Counted from the stretch's first letter, positions 38,655 through 51,824 are shown. The stretch: 64,000 bases of DNA from Mobula hypostoma (GCF_963921235.1 NC_086108.1:86678001-86742000), one strand, 5' to 3'. Numbers and translations: made by a program. Notes: a model not told the origin generated them from the sequence alone.

Positions 38655-38910
38655 AAGCAAAGGAGTCGCCGTTAAGCTTCATCCTCCCAAGCTTCTCCCA
38701 TCAATCTCCAGAAGAGACTGGTATGATGGACCTCTAATTTGTACCAACAGCACCCTCTCAGTTCTGATTGATCTCCTATCTTGGTGTACAGTGGCTTGAT
38801 GGTTTGGATCAGCTTCTGGCTCATGTTGTATCTCTTTATTGTGGCCCAGAGTGCATCATACCAAACCCTGCTGAATGCCTTCTTGAAGTCTATGAATATA
38901 TGGAAGATAT
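38655..38910 (-). mobile_element. RTE-clade LINE RT fragment
   Basis: Minus translation IFHIFIDFKKAFSRVWYDALWATIKRYNMSQKLIQTIKPLY matches the RTE-type FIDFKKAFDRVWH motif. Confidence 0.65.
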
Positions 38911-38919
38911 TATTATTTT

Positions 38920-39500
38920 CAATAATAATAATAATAAGTACTTTATTGATCCTGAGTGTGAAATTATTTTGTCACAGCAGCAACATTTAAAAACACACTT
39001 AGCAATAATAATAAATATAATAATGATATTAATAATAAAATACAGAATAATAATATACACAATAATCATTTACCAATGTGCCATAATGTGAAATACTGTA
39101 CAATAATAATAAAACAATTGCACTATGATGTGTGTTCTCCTGTTGCACAGAGATGAACTGTTGTATATGCTTCTTGCATTTGGTAAGAAAGATTTTCTGT
39201 AATGATCCTTGTGATCGGTGAGCTGAATGAGTCTGTTTGAGATGGTGCTCTGCTGCCTGTTCAGTAGGTCATGGAGGGAAAGTGCCAGATTTTTCATCGT
39301 GTTTAGTTGGTTTAGTGACCTCCTCTCCACCACTAACACGAAAGAGTCTGGGTTGCAGCCAAGGACACATCCAGCCTTTTTGATGAGTTTATTTAGTCTT
39401 TTTGCATCACCAGCACCGATGCTGCTCCCCCAACATAAAGCCGCAAAGAAGACTGCACTCACTACAACAGACAGGTAAAAGATCTCCAACATCCTGCTGA
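38920..39500 (-). mobile_element. Rex1/Babar-type LINE 3' end with (ATT)n tail
   Basis: MLEIFYLSVVVSAVFFAALCWGSSIGAGDAKRLNKLIKKA...YRKSFLPNARSIYN. Confidence 0.85.
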
Positions 39501-39567
39501 TATTTGTAACAAATCATAAATACTTTATAGGCAAATAAGTAACATCCTCATGAATGCCACATGGATT

Positions 39568-39866
39568 TGGGCACCACGGTAGCATAGCAGTTAGCGTGGT
39601 GCTATCAGGGTATTCCAGCACTGGAGTTCAATTCCAGTGCCATTCTGTAAGGAGTCTCTATATGTCCTCTCTGTGGAAGGCATGGTTTTTCCCCAAGAGC
39701 TCTGGTTTCCTCCCACAGTCAGCTATGGATCAGATAGGTTAATTGGTCATTGTAAACTGTCCCGTGCTTAGGTTAATGTTTATCATGGCTGTGGGGTTGC
39801 TGAGGCAATGTGTTTTGAAGTACAGTACCGGAAGAAGCTGCCCTGCACGCATCGCTAAGTAAATAA
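39568..39866 (+). mobile_element. HE1/V-SINE-type SINE
   Basis: gggcaccacggtagcatagcagttagcgtgg...gagttcaattcc...ctggtttcctcccacagtc. Confidence 0.7.
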
Positions 39867-40105
39867 TAGGTACAGGGTTGGTGATGTATATCACTGCACA
39901 TGGTTAATCTGTGTGAACAGGCAACCCTTGTGAAATTACAGAACATCAGTGTAAAAATATATGACCCGCAAGACTTGTATTCTACATCAACCTCACCAGA
40001 GCTCCCTTGTTTCACTTTCCTATTCCTGCACAGTAACTGACTGATACATCATCTGTGGTTTATTACCTCAGTTTCACCACTTATTTCACTGCGTACATCC
40101 CAATT

Positions 40106-40139
<34 letters not shown>
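40106..40139. repeat. (TG)n(TA)n microsatellite
   Basis: Seen directly. Confidence 0.95.
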
Positions 40140-40574
40140 AAAAGAATAACAAAGATTCAGACGAATTGATTGAGCTTGTAGAAGTTTTCTCCTATTCTGG
40201 CATGCATAACATAGCTTGCGTAATCTTGAAATTTTCACTTCAAACACCTTTCTTGTGACATCCCTGTGAACATTTCTGTCAGTACAGCTTGTTTTTTTTA
40301 CATCTTTCTAGTATACACACATATATATTGGAAGCTGCTAATTTACAATATTATTCTAAACTTGCTTTAAACACTTCTTTAACTCATGCATCCCTACTTA
40401 ATTCCAGGACCTGTGTTTTCATACTGTGTATCAGGCCAGACACTGGAGACTGCCATCGCCTCCACCTGACCTTGTATATCACTTACTTTGACATTACAAA
40501 GTGACCATCAATTGTGGAGAGATGAATCACGAAAGCAGAAGTGATTGATATTGATGAGGAATCAGACTGCTTAC

Positions 40575-40813
40575 ATCAATAATGGGAACAAATCGGTACT
40601 GATCAGGAAACGATGCAGTTGACAGAAGAAGTGATTTGCCACAAGTAGGGCCAGCTGCATACTGTCAATATCAACACCATGTCTGGACCTGTCAATTAAA
40701 TAATCAGCAACATGAATCTGAAGAGAACCAAGCATCGTTTCCAGGGATTTAATTAGTTGATTGAGGAAATGTGAGGCATTGTTTTTGGCTGGCTGGAACA
40801 ACAATCCAGGAAG
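40575..40813 (-). CDS. Candidate coding exon of an unidentified host gene (acceptor at 40813, 40792 or 40688)
   Basis: Non-repeat open frame LPGLLFQPAKNNASHFLNQLIKSLETMLGSLQIHVADYLIDRSRHGVDIDSMQLALLVANHFFCQLHRFLISTDLFPLL ends at a good donor (TTGAT|gtaagc); amphipathic-helix-like composition. Confidence 0.45.
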
Positions 40814-40847
40814 CTGTGGTATTTATCAAATCAATCGATAAAAGCAA

Positions 40848-41490
40848 TTAGAGTCATAGAATTATGGAGCACTACAGCACAGAAATAGGCCCTTCCACTC
40901 GCCTAGTCCACGCCGGACTGGTATTCTGCCTAGTTCCATATACTGCTCCTCTCCATGTATTTATTCAAGCCTCTTAAGTGTTGCAATTGAACCCACACCC
41001 CCCAGCTTCAGCAGGCAGCTCATTTCTCACTCGCACCACCCTCCAGGTAAAGAAGATCCCCCTCACATTCACCTTCAACATTTCATCTTTCACCCCTAAC
41101 CCATAGCCTCCAGTTCTAGTCTCACCCAACCTCAGTGGAAAAAGTCTGCTAGCATTTATCGTATCTATACTCCTCATAATTATGTGTACTTCTAACAAAT
41201 CTCCCCTCATTCTCCTATGCTCCAGGCAATAAAATACTAACCTATTCAACCTTTCCCTATCACTCAGGTCCTTAAGTCCCAGTAAAATCCTTGCAAATTT
41301 CCTCTGTACTCTTTCAATCTTATTGATATCTTTCTGATAGGTAACCAGAACTGCACATAATACTCCAAATTAGGCCTCACCAACAGCTTATACATTCTCT
41401 GTGTAACATACAAACTCCTGTACCCCAATACTTTGATTTCTGAAGGCCAACATGCCAAAATCTCTCCTTAAGACCCTATCCATCTGTGAA
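40848..41490 (-). mobile_element. CR1 3' fragment
   Basis: YKLLVRPNLEYYVQFW; RRMRGDLLEV; FFTWRVVRVRNELP. Confidence 0.85.
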
Positions 41491-41869
41491 GTCTGAAGAG
41501 AAGGCTTGAACTTACCCTTGAAAAGCTTGTCAAGGTTTACTGCAGAAAGGTCACATAAGAAAAAAAAACAATCTGCAGTGAAGTCCTTCTCGAGAAAACA
41601 AGATTAGATCTGCCAATTGTCTTAAAGCTTTACTATCAAGCAGGAAAGGGTACCCATTTTAATCTGAGAAATTGATATGTACAGACAGTAATCCATAGAA
41701 ATTCAAGTGGGAGGCCTGTTGAGTTTTAACTGTTGGGCCTCATGAGTGGGCTGTTTCCCCACTGTGCAGACAATTGTGGCAATGCTCAGCTGTAAAGGTG
41801 AAGATCAAGCAACAGGCTACCATCAGCAAGACATGTCTTGGAGCAGCTATTGTAGACTGTGGGAGGTGG

Positions 41870-42135
41870 TTCTGGTTGGCTGAGAGATAAATGATGGGCA
41901 GAACTCAAGTGAACATCTTTGCACTTCTGTAAATACTATGATGGGATGTGCTATATCTGAGTGAATCACCAGGACCTTGGTTTAACATTCTATCTCACAG
42001 ATGGCACTTCTGACAGGTCAGGATTTGCCATCAGTAATCTGCCGAAATTTCAACCTATTTACTCATGCCTTGACATGGGTCTTGAACTAATGACCTTTTT
42101 AACTGAGGCAATGAGTGTCACCATTGAGTCAAGTT
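41870..42135 (-). mobile_element. Ancient Deu/SacSINE-like SINE
   Basis: ggtttaacattctatctcacagatggcacttctgacag...gggtcttgaactaatgacctttttaactgaggc. Confidence 0.5.
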
Positions 42136-43044
42136 GCAATTTAAGTGTTTACAGTCCTGAAGCAGGAGACTTGAACTCACTTACACTTCAAATGCTTGTC
42201 AGGTTCACGGCAGAAAGGCTGCATGAGAAAAATAAATCTGCAGTGGTCTTCCTCAAGAAAGACATAGCTGAAGATTGAACCTGTCAATTGTCTGAATACT
42301 TCAGTAGCCTGCCTACCTTTCCTCCCTTAAGACATGCTTTTGAACCTGACCCTATGACCAAGTCCATCTTGAAGACTGTGTGGATGTCAATTTTTGAGTG
42401 AAACATGGGGCTAAGTGAATATTGCTTTAAAAGGGTAATCTCCTGCCTGGGTAGCCTCATCAAAATGTGACTCCATGTCGTTAACTTCCCTTTGAGACAG
42501 CCCAGTAAGTGTAGAATTCTCCTATGCGTGATTGAATGTTCAGTCATTTTGTGCAAGTGATGTCTATAAGACCATGAAACCATAGACATAGGAGCAGAAT
42601 TAGGCCATTCAGCCCATCGAGTCAGCTCCATCATTCCATCATGGCTGATCCTGGATCCCACTCAACCCCATACACCCCAAGTGTGGGCAGAAAGTACCCA
42701 ACTTCCTGACAGTAGTTGCTGGGATTTTGCCAGTTAATTATATAATGACACCAACATTTTGTGAACCTCCTGCAATTAAACTGGGTGATCTGTCTGCTGA
42801 ACTTGAACTATACTAGAGTGGGTGTTGGTTCAGAGACTCTGCCCATTTTTGTTGACGAGAAAGTCACTCAGAAGAAAGGCCAGTTTCAAATTGTATGTAC
42901 TTAAATGTTTTAATTGATTGTTAGTGTTTTTTGACATGGCTTGATTCCTATTTCACTAAATATTGAGAACAACTTTTAATAGTTTTAAAAAGTGTTGTTG
43001 ATGTTTTTGAAGTATTCATAAACGTTGTGCTGTTAGCATCTAAG

Positions 43045-44082
43045 TAACATAGAACATGGAAATCTACAGCACATTACAGGCCCGTCAGCCCACCATGTTG
43101 TGCCAACCATGTAGCTCTCTCTAGAAACTGCCTAGAATTACCATACCACATAGCCGTCTATTTTTCTAAGCTCCATGTACCTACCTTAGAGTCTCTTAAA
43201 AGACCTTATCGTATCTGCCTCCACCACTGTCACCAGCAGTCCATTCAATGCACCCTCCGTTCTCTGTGTGAAAAACTTACCCCTGTCCTCCCCTCTGTGC
43301 CTACTTCAAAGCATACTAAAACTATGCTCCCCTGTGTTAGCCATTTCAGCTCTGGGAAAAATCTTCTGGCTATCCACATGATCAATGCCTCTCATCATCT
43401 TATACACCTCTATCAGGCCACCTCTCATCCTCCATTGCTCCAAGGAGAAAAAGCTAGGTTCTCTCAACCTGTCCTTATAAGAAATGCTCTCCAATCCAGG
43501 CAACATCTTTGTAAATCTCCTCTACACCCTCTCTATAGCATCCACATCCTTCCTGTAATGAGGTGACCAGAACTGAACACAGTACTCCAAGTGGGGTCTA
43601 ACCAGCTCTAGAACTCAATTCCATGGTTGATGAAGGCCAACACACCATACACCTTCTTAACAACACTGTCAACCTGTGCAGCAGCTTTGAATGTCCTATG
43701 GACACAGACCCCAAGATCTCTCTGATCCTCCACACCGCCAAGAGTCTTAGCATTAATACGATATTCTGACTTCAAATTTGATCTACCAAAATGAACCACT
43801 TTACATTTGTCTGGTTTGAACTCCATCTGCCACTTCTCAGCCCATTTCTACATCCTATCGATGTCCCGCTATAATCTCTGAAGAGTCTGCAGACTATCCA
43901 CAGCACCTCCCACCTTTGTGTCATCAGCAAACTTACTAACCCACCCTTCTACTTCCTCATCCAGGCCTTTTCTAAAACTCACGAAGAGGAGGGGACCCAG
44001 AACAGATCCCTGTAGAACACAACTGGACACCGTCCTCCATGCAGAATATGAACCATCTATAACCACCCTTTGCCTTCTGCAA
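43045..44082 (-). mobile_element. CR1 3' fragment
   Basis: QGSVLGPLLF...[32 protein letters not shown]. Confidence 0.9.
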
Positions 44083-44959
44083 GTAAAGGGGCAGAAACTT
44101 CTATAGCAATTCTGAAGGTAAGGCTGGTTTTTCTGCACCCACCCACTGCTGTTTGAATCTGGAAGACGTGTGTTTTATACGGCTGAGGGGATCATTGCTG
44201 TAGGTATTAGTTTATTATTGTTACAGGTACCAACATACAGAGAAAATCTTCTTGGCTTGCACACAAATTCATACAGAGCAAATGAGTGCTTTGAGATAGG
44301 ATAAGACAAACCAATAACAAAACAGAATGAAGTTTAACTTCTACAGAGAAAGTGCAGTGAAGGTGAACACTAAGGTGTTGGGTTATCTGTTCAAAGCAAG
44401 TGTAGTAGGTTCAATAGGTAGATGAGCCATTTCTGGTCAATTTGTTGTCATGTTGTTTTAACATTAAAGTATTAGCTAAATACTAGGCATATTTCTCCCA
44501 CTTCTATTTTTTGGAATAAATGCACCAGATTATTTTCCATCCATGTAGAATGGCATCTGGAGTCTCATCTTAACATCCCAATCTAAAGATGCATCTCTGA
44601 TGGTACAGCTTTCCCTCAGCAGTCCACTGGAAAATCATAAGAACTCCAAATATTGGAAATGCCAGGGAATAGCTTCAAGTTGGAGGGGAAAAGTTTAAAG
44701 CAATTTACAAGGCAAGTTTTCTTCACACTGAAGTTACTGGAACATGCTGACAGGGGAAGTGGTAAAAGGCAGTTACAATAACAATGTTTTACAGACATTT
44801 AGACATGCACATGAATAGTTAGGGATTGGAGGGATATAGTGCAGGCAGAAGGGGTTAGTTTGGAGCAGCATCATGGTCAGTGTAGATATCATGAGCTGAA
44901 GGGCGTGATCTTGTGCTGTAGTGTTCTATGTGTACAATTCTAAAATAGTAGATGAAACA

Positions 44960-46385
44960 AAGACCGTAAGACCATAAGGTATAGGTGACTTATGGTCTAA
45001 TTTGGCCCATCGAGTCTGCTGCACCATTTCATCATGACTGATTCAATTTTCCTCTCAGCCCCCATTTCTTGTCTTCTTCCCATATCCCTTCATGCCCTGG
45101 ACAATCAAGAATCTATCAATCTCTGTCTTAGATATACATAAAGACTTGGGCTCTACAGATTCCACAGATTCACCACTCTCTGGTTGAAAAACTTCCTCCT
45201 CATCTCCATTCCAAAAGGATACCCCTCTATTCTGAAGTTATGTCCTCTGGTCATGGACTCTTCCACCATAGGAAATATCCTCTCCACATCCACTCTGTCG
45301 GGGCTTTTCACCATTCGATAGGTTTCAATTAGGTCACCCTTCATTCTTCTGAATTCTAGTGAATACAGACCCAGAAAAACCGAATGCTCTTCATATGACA
45401 AGCCATTCAATCTTGGAATCATTTTCATGAACCTCCTTTGAACCCTTTCCAGTTTTGGCAAATCCTTTCTAAGATAAGGGGCCCAAACTACTCAATATCC
45501 AAGTGAGGCCTCAACAGTGCTGTATAAAGTCTCGACATTACACCCTATATTTTATTTTCTAGTCTTGAAATGAATGTTAACATTGCATTTGCCTTCCTCA
45601 CCACAGACTCCACCTACAAATTAACCTTTAGGGAATCCTGCACAAGGACTCAAGTCCCTTTGCACCTCAGTTTTTTTTTGTATTTTCTCTTCATTTAGAA
45701 AATAGTCAACCCTTTTATTTATTCTACCAAAGTGCATGGCCATACACTTCCTGACACTGTATTCCATCTGCCATTTCTATGCCCTTTGTCCTAATCAATC
45801 TAAGTTCTTCTGTAGCCTCTATACTTCCTCAAAACTACCTGCCCTTCCATCATCTATCTTCATATCATCTGCAAACTTTGCCACAAAGCCATCAGTTCCA
45901 TCACCAAATCATTAATGTATAATGTAAAAAGAATTGATCCCAACACAGGCCCCTGTGGAACATTACTAATCACCAGCAACCAACTAGAAAAGGCTCCGTT
46001 TATTACCACTCTTTGCCTTCTGCCAATCAGTCACTGCCTTATCCATGCTAGAATCTTTCCTGTAATACAATGGACTCATAGATTGTTTAGCAGCCTCATG
46101 TGTGGCACCTTGTCAAAGGCTTACTGAAAATCCAAGAACACAACATCAATTGATTCTCTTTTGTCTATCCTACTTATTATTTCTTCAAAGAATTCTGACA
46201 GATTTGTCAGGCAAGATTTTCCCTTGAGGAAACCTTACAGGCTACAGCTATTTTATCATGTGCCTCCAAACCCCAGAGACCTCATCCTTAGTAATCGACT
46301 CCAACATCCTCCCAATCACTGTGATCAAACTCACTGGCCCGTAGTTTCTAAAGCAACACAAGCTAATTGGCCTATAGTTTCTAAA
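44960..46385 (-). mobile_element. CR1 3' fragment
   Basis: ERVQRRFMKMIP...FFNQRVVNLWN; NYGPVSLITVIGRMLES. Confidence 0.85.
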
Positions 46386-46630
46386 GCAAATACTAGAGAA
46401 ACTCAGCAGATCAGGGAGCTTCTTTGGAGGAATAAGCAGTTGATGTTCCAGCCTAGACACTTGGTAAGGAATGGAAATGTAGAGCGATGAAGCCAAAATA
46501 TCTCCCTCCCTTCCTCCTTTGCTGATGCTATTTATTCCCTCTCATAGATGGTGCCTAACCTGCTGATTTCCTGCAGCATTTTGAGTTTGTTGCTCAAGAC
46601 TTTCAGTATCTGCAGAATCACTTTTGGTTG
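46386..46630. mobile_element. Old fold-back pair of Penelope termini
   Basis: aaatactagagaaactcagcagatcagg... vs ...cctgctgatttcctgcagcattttg plus extension to ctgcagaatc. Confidence 0.55.
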
Positions 46631-46739
46631 TGTGTCCATGAAACAGGGCATTCTCTTCCACTACAACCCTCACTACCCAAATGACTTGGGTCTGAAGCGA
46701 TCCTGTGTATATTAGTATCTCTGTTAAAGGAACTGGAAG

Positions 46740-49700
46740 TTAACTGATAAGCTAAATCAACACTACCTGGGAACCAAACTGAAGAAATGGAGGAAGGGGC
46801 AGTTGGCTCACAAATAAAGAAAGCTTGGAGACAATGTGAGAGGGAAGTAGGCAGGTGATAGAGAAGGGATGCGCTCATATCCATGGTTTGAGATGTGTCT
46901 ATTTTAAAACAAGAAGCATTATGAACAAAGCGGATGAGCTTAGAGCATGGATCAGTACTTAGAGCTATAACGTTGGGGCCATTACAGAGATTTGGATGGC
47001 TCAGGGGCAAGAATGGTTACTTAGAGTGCCAGGCTTTAGATATTTCGGAAAGGACAGGGAAGGAGGCAAAAGAGGTGGGTGTGTGGTACTACTGCTGATC
47101 AGAGATAGTGTCACGCCAGCAGAAAAGGAGGAAGTCATGGAGGGATTGTTTACTGAGTCTCTGTGGGTGGAAGTTAGAAACAGGAAGGGATCAATAACTC
47201 TACTTGGGTGTTTTTTTTATAGAACACCCAATAGTAACAAGGACATCGAGGAGCAGGCAGGGAGACAGATTCTGGAAAGGTGTAATAATAACAGGGTTGT
47301 CGTGGTGGGAGATTTTAATTTCCCAAATATTGATTGGCATCTCCCTAGAGCAAGGGGTTTAGATGAGGTGGAGTTTGTTAGGTGTGTTCAGGAAGGTTTC
47401 TTGACACAATATGTAGATAAGCCTACAAGAGGAGAGACTGTACTTGATCTGGTATTGAGAAATGAACCTGGTCAGGTGTCAGATCTCACAGTGGGAGAGC
47501 ATTTTGGAGATAGTGATCACAACTCTATCTCTTTTACTATAGCATTGGAGAAGGATAGGAACAGACAAGTTAGCAAAGTGTTTAATTGGAGTGTTAGAGT
47601 GAGTTTTTTGGGTAGATGATTTGTTTACACTTAAATGACTTTGGCCACCAGACTTGTATTTGACAAATTACAAATTGCATTGAGTCCACAACAATGCGCT
47701 TCCTAAAAAGGTGTGAATACCAGATGCTTCTGGCCCCTTAGTCCGACCTGATGCTGTCGTTTTGAAGACAGTATTATCTATACATTATAAATATTAATTG
47801 TCTTCTATGTTAGCACGGGAAATGCCAAATAATGTATCGTAGACTTAACTTACATTCCTAAAGGCTGTGGATACCAGGCATGTTGGCATCGGAAGGAAAG
47901 GATGGTGTGATAGTTTGTATGTAGCTTCAAGAGAAAGCATGGTCTATGCATTGTCTATAACTTTTTAAGTAGCGATTGCCTTTGTGTTTAGCATATAAAT
48001 ATCGAGCCCACAATGAGCTAGCAGACCTTTCTCCGGAAAGCGTCTCCATCCGTAAGATGCCTGCTGTACCTTGTTGTGTTGAATAAAGAAGGAGCTTTGT
48101 ATCTCCCAGTGACTCTGTCTCCGGTAATTTCATCCACCCTACAACAGGAGTAAGGGGAAATATGAAGCTGTCAGGCAGGAACTTGGAAGCATAAGTTGGG
48201 AACAGATTTTCTCAGGGAAATGTACAGGAGAAATGTGGCAAATGTTCAGGTGATATTTGCGTGGCGTTCTACATAGGTACGATCCAATGAAACAGGGAAA
48301 GGATGGTAGGGTACAGGAACCATGGTGTACAAAGGCTGTCGAAAATCTAGTCAAGAAGAGAAGAAAAGGTTATGAAAGGTTCACAAAACTAGATAATGAT
48401 AGAGATCTAGAACATTATAAGGTTAGCAGGAAGCAGCTTAAGAATAAAATTAGGAGAGCCATAATGGGCCATGAGAAGGCCTTGGCAAGCAGGATTAAAG
48501 AATACCTCAAGGCATTCTACATGTGAAGAGCACGAGGATAAGATTTGGAGAGAATAAGACCAATCAAGTGTGATAGTGGAAAAGTGTGCATGGAACTGGA
48601 GGAGATAGCAGAGGTACTTAATGAATACTTTGTTTCAGTATTCACTATAGAAAAGGATCTTGGCGATTGTACGGATGACTTACAGCAAATTCAAAAGCTT
48701 GAGCATATAGACATTAAGATGTGCCGGAGGTTTTGGAAAGCATCAAGTTGGATAAGTCTCCGGGACTGGATGAGATGTGCTCCAGGCTACTGTGGGAGAT
48801 GAGGGAAGAGACTGCTGAACCTCTGGCAATGATCTTTGCATCATCAGTGGGGGCAGGAGAGGTTCTGGAAGATTGAAGGGTTGCAGATGTAGTTCCCTTA
48901 TTCAAGAAAGGGAGTAGAGATAGCCCAGCAAATTATAGACCAGTGAGTCTCACTTCAGTGGTTGATAAGTTGATGGAAAAGTCCTGAGAGGCAGGATTTA
49001 TGAACATTTGGAGAAGCATAATAGGATTAGGAATAGTCAGCATGGCTTTGTCAAAAGCAGATCACACCTTATGAATCTAATTGAATTTTTTGAGGATAAC
49101 ACTAAACATGTTGATGAAGGTAGAGTAGTAGATGTAGTGTATATGGATTTCAGCAAGGCATTTGATAAGGTACCCCATGCTAGGCTTATTGAGAAAGTAA
49201 GGAGGCATGGGATCCAAGGGAACATTGCTTTGTGGATCCAGAACTGGCTTGCCCACAGAAGGCAAAGAGTGGTTGTAGATGGGTCATATCCTGCATAGAG
49301 GTCAGTGACCAGTGGTGTGCCTCAGGGATCTGTTTTGGCACCCCTACTCTTTGTGATTTTTATAAATGACCTGGATGAGGAAGTGGAGGGATGGGCTAGT
49401 AAATTTGCTGATGTCCCAAAGGTTGGGGGTGTTGTGGATCGTGTGGAGGGCTGTTAGAGGTTACAGCAGGACATCAATAGGATGCAGAACTGGGCTGATG
49501 AAGTAACAGATAATTGTGAAGTGGTTCATTTTGGTAGGTCAAATATGATGGCTGAATATAGTGTTGATGGTAAGACTCTTGGCAATGTGGAGGATCAGAG
49601 GGATTTTGGGGTCTGAGTCCGTAGGATTCTCAAAGCTGCTGCGCAGGTTGACTCTTTGGTTAAGAAAGCATTGAAGGTGCATTGGCCTTCATCAATCGTA

Positions 49701-50298
49701 GGACTGAGTTTAGGAGCCGAGAGTTAATATTGCAGCTATATAGGACCCTGATCAGACCCCACTTGGAGTACTGTGCTCAGTTCTGGTCACCTCACTACAG
49801 GAAGGATGTGGGAAGTATAGAAAGGGAGCAGAGGAGATTTACAAGGATGTTGCCTGGATTGGGGAACATGCCTTATGAGAATAGTTAAGTGAACTTGGCC
49901 TCTTCTCCCTGGAGTGGTGAAGGATGAGAGGTTACCTGAAAGAGGTGTATAAGCTGATGAGAGGCATTGATTGTGTGGATAGTCAGAGGTTTTTTCCCAG
50001 GGCTGAAATGGCTGGCATGAGAGTACACACTTTTAAGGTGCTTGGAAGTAGGTACAGAGGCAATGTCAGGGGTAAGTTTTTTACGCAGGGAGTGGTGAGT
50101 GCGTGGAATGGGCTGCCGGCGGCGGTGGTGGAGGTGGAAATGATAGGGTCTTTTAAGAGACTCCTGGATAGGTACATGGAGCTTAGAAAAATAGAGGGCT
50201 ATGGGTAACGCTAGGTAATTTCTAAAGTAAGTACATGTTCGGCACAGCATTGTGGGCCGAAGGACCTGTATTGTGCTGTAGGTTTTCTATGTTTCTAC
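46740..50298 (+). mobile_element. CR1 LINE, nearly complete decayed ORF2 with 3' tail, interrupted by a solo LTR
   Basis: Endonuclease VVVGDFNFPNIDW...LDLVL...GDSDHN; RT VVYMDFSKAFDKVPH; tail ttttctatgtttcta. Confidence 0.92.
47592..48146 (+). mobile_element. Solo LTR (555 bp) with 4-bp TSD GGAG
   Basis: TGTTAG...CAACA termini; GGAG at 47588-47591 and 48147-48150; AATAAA near 48082; the CR1 is continuous once it is removed. Confidence 0.85.
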
Positions 50299-50399
50299 TA
50301 AATTGATTATTAAGCCAAAGAACTCAGATCTGTGTGCCTACTCCAGACAAATAACTGGTTCAAGCCACTTCAATGAGGGTGTCCCAGTATCAGTGATCT

Positions 50400-50712
50400 A
50401 AAGGTACCTGATGACAGCTCCAAAGACGTGGGTTTGATCCTGACCTTGGTTGTTGTAAGTGTCGTATTTAGACATTCTACTTGTGATGCCATGGGCTTGT
50501 TCCAAGTGCCCCTCCAACCTTTCTCCTCATATCCTCAAAATATGTGGGTTAGTATGTCTCTGCAAATAGTGTAGATGAATGATTGATGCCAGGATGAGTT
50601 GATGAGAAAGTGTGAAGAGTAAACTGGTTTGGAGTTTGATTATTATAACTGGGTATTTGATAGTTGGCATGAATTTGCTGGATTGTAAAGTCTGTTTCCT
50701 TTCTGTGTCTCT
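50400..50712 (+). mobile_element. Highly diverged HE1/V-SINE-type SINE
   Basis: acagctccaaagacgtgggtttgatcctgacc...; 3' tctgtttccttttctgtgtctctct. Confidence 0.5.
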
Positions 50713-51229
50713 CTCTGCGATTCTGAATCCTCACAATACAGCAATGTACAGAGAACGTACAGAGCCATTGGTTGCATGGTCCTTTTCTTAAGGGGATACC
50801 TAGCCAATTCATATTAGCTAGACAAGGACAAAGAAACTGGGGAAATCACTTTCCTAGTCAACCCCATTTTCCTTGATTTTTTGGAGCCAAGAAACTATTA
50901 ATCAAAGCATCTATAGAACCTTGGATCAAAACTTTCTATAGATATACATTCCTCGGGATGCAAGATAAAACATCTCCTCATATCATATCTGATCCCTTTT
51001 TCTGAGGTAGATTCTACAGCCAGAAAGGGAAAGATCTGTTCTCATCATCAACCTGGTCATGTGTTATTGATACTTTGAGATGGTGGGATTCTTCAAGGAG
51101 ATTGAGTCAATTCTAACTATCAATGTGCTATAATTCAAAACATTGCAAAAAATACAGTAAATTTATTAGTTAATGACAAAAACTCTGTTCATTTATCAGC
51201 ACCTTCCATTTACTGTGCTATAATGTGAT

Positions 51230-51482
51230 TCCCCTCTGCCATCGGATTCCTAAATGGACATTGAATCTTTGGACACTACCTTACTTTTCTTTTAATACTG
51301 TCTACAGTATTTCTGATTTTGCACATTTTTAAATGTATCCAATACTGTATACGTAATTGATTTATTTGTTTACTTATTATTATTAATTTTTTTCTCTGCT
51401 AGATTATGTATTTCATTGAACTGCTGCTGCTAATTTAACAAATTTCACGTCACATGCCGGTGATAATAAACCTGATTCTGAT
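51230..51482 (+). mobile_element. LINE 3' tail ending in GATTCT repeat
   Basis: Homologous to 2591-2808: ttcctaaatggacattgaa...acatgccggtgataataaacctgattctga. Confidence 0.65.
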
Positions 51483-51824
51483 TAATGTAAGATTAGTGTA
51501 ATTGGGTGCCTGATTGTCATTGTGAACTTGGGCTGAAGAGGTTTGTTTCTGTGCTTTCCTTGGCTCAAAGTTGCTTGAACTGGTTATGATCAATACTCAG
51601 ATTCATTTGGTCTCCAATTCTTCCCTGCTAATGTTCTTTCACTCCCACCTTTATATATGCAAACAACAGCTTCAACGCATCATTTGGATTGTTATTGTGT
51701 TCCATCCTTATCTGTCAACAAACAGATTTTTGACTGGAAGCGCTTTCAAAGAAGGTGGCAGATGTGTACATGTTCACTATATGTTGTTGTTAGTCCTGCT
51801 CCTCTTTGAGATTACAGATGCTTT

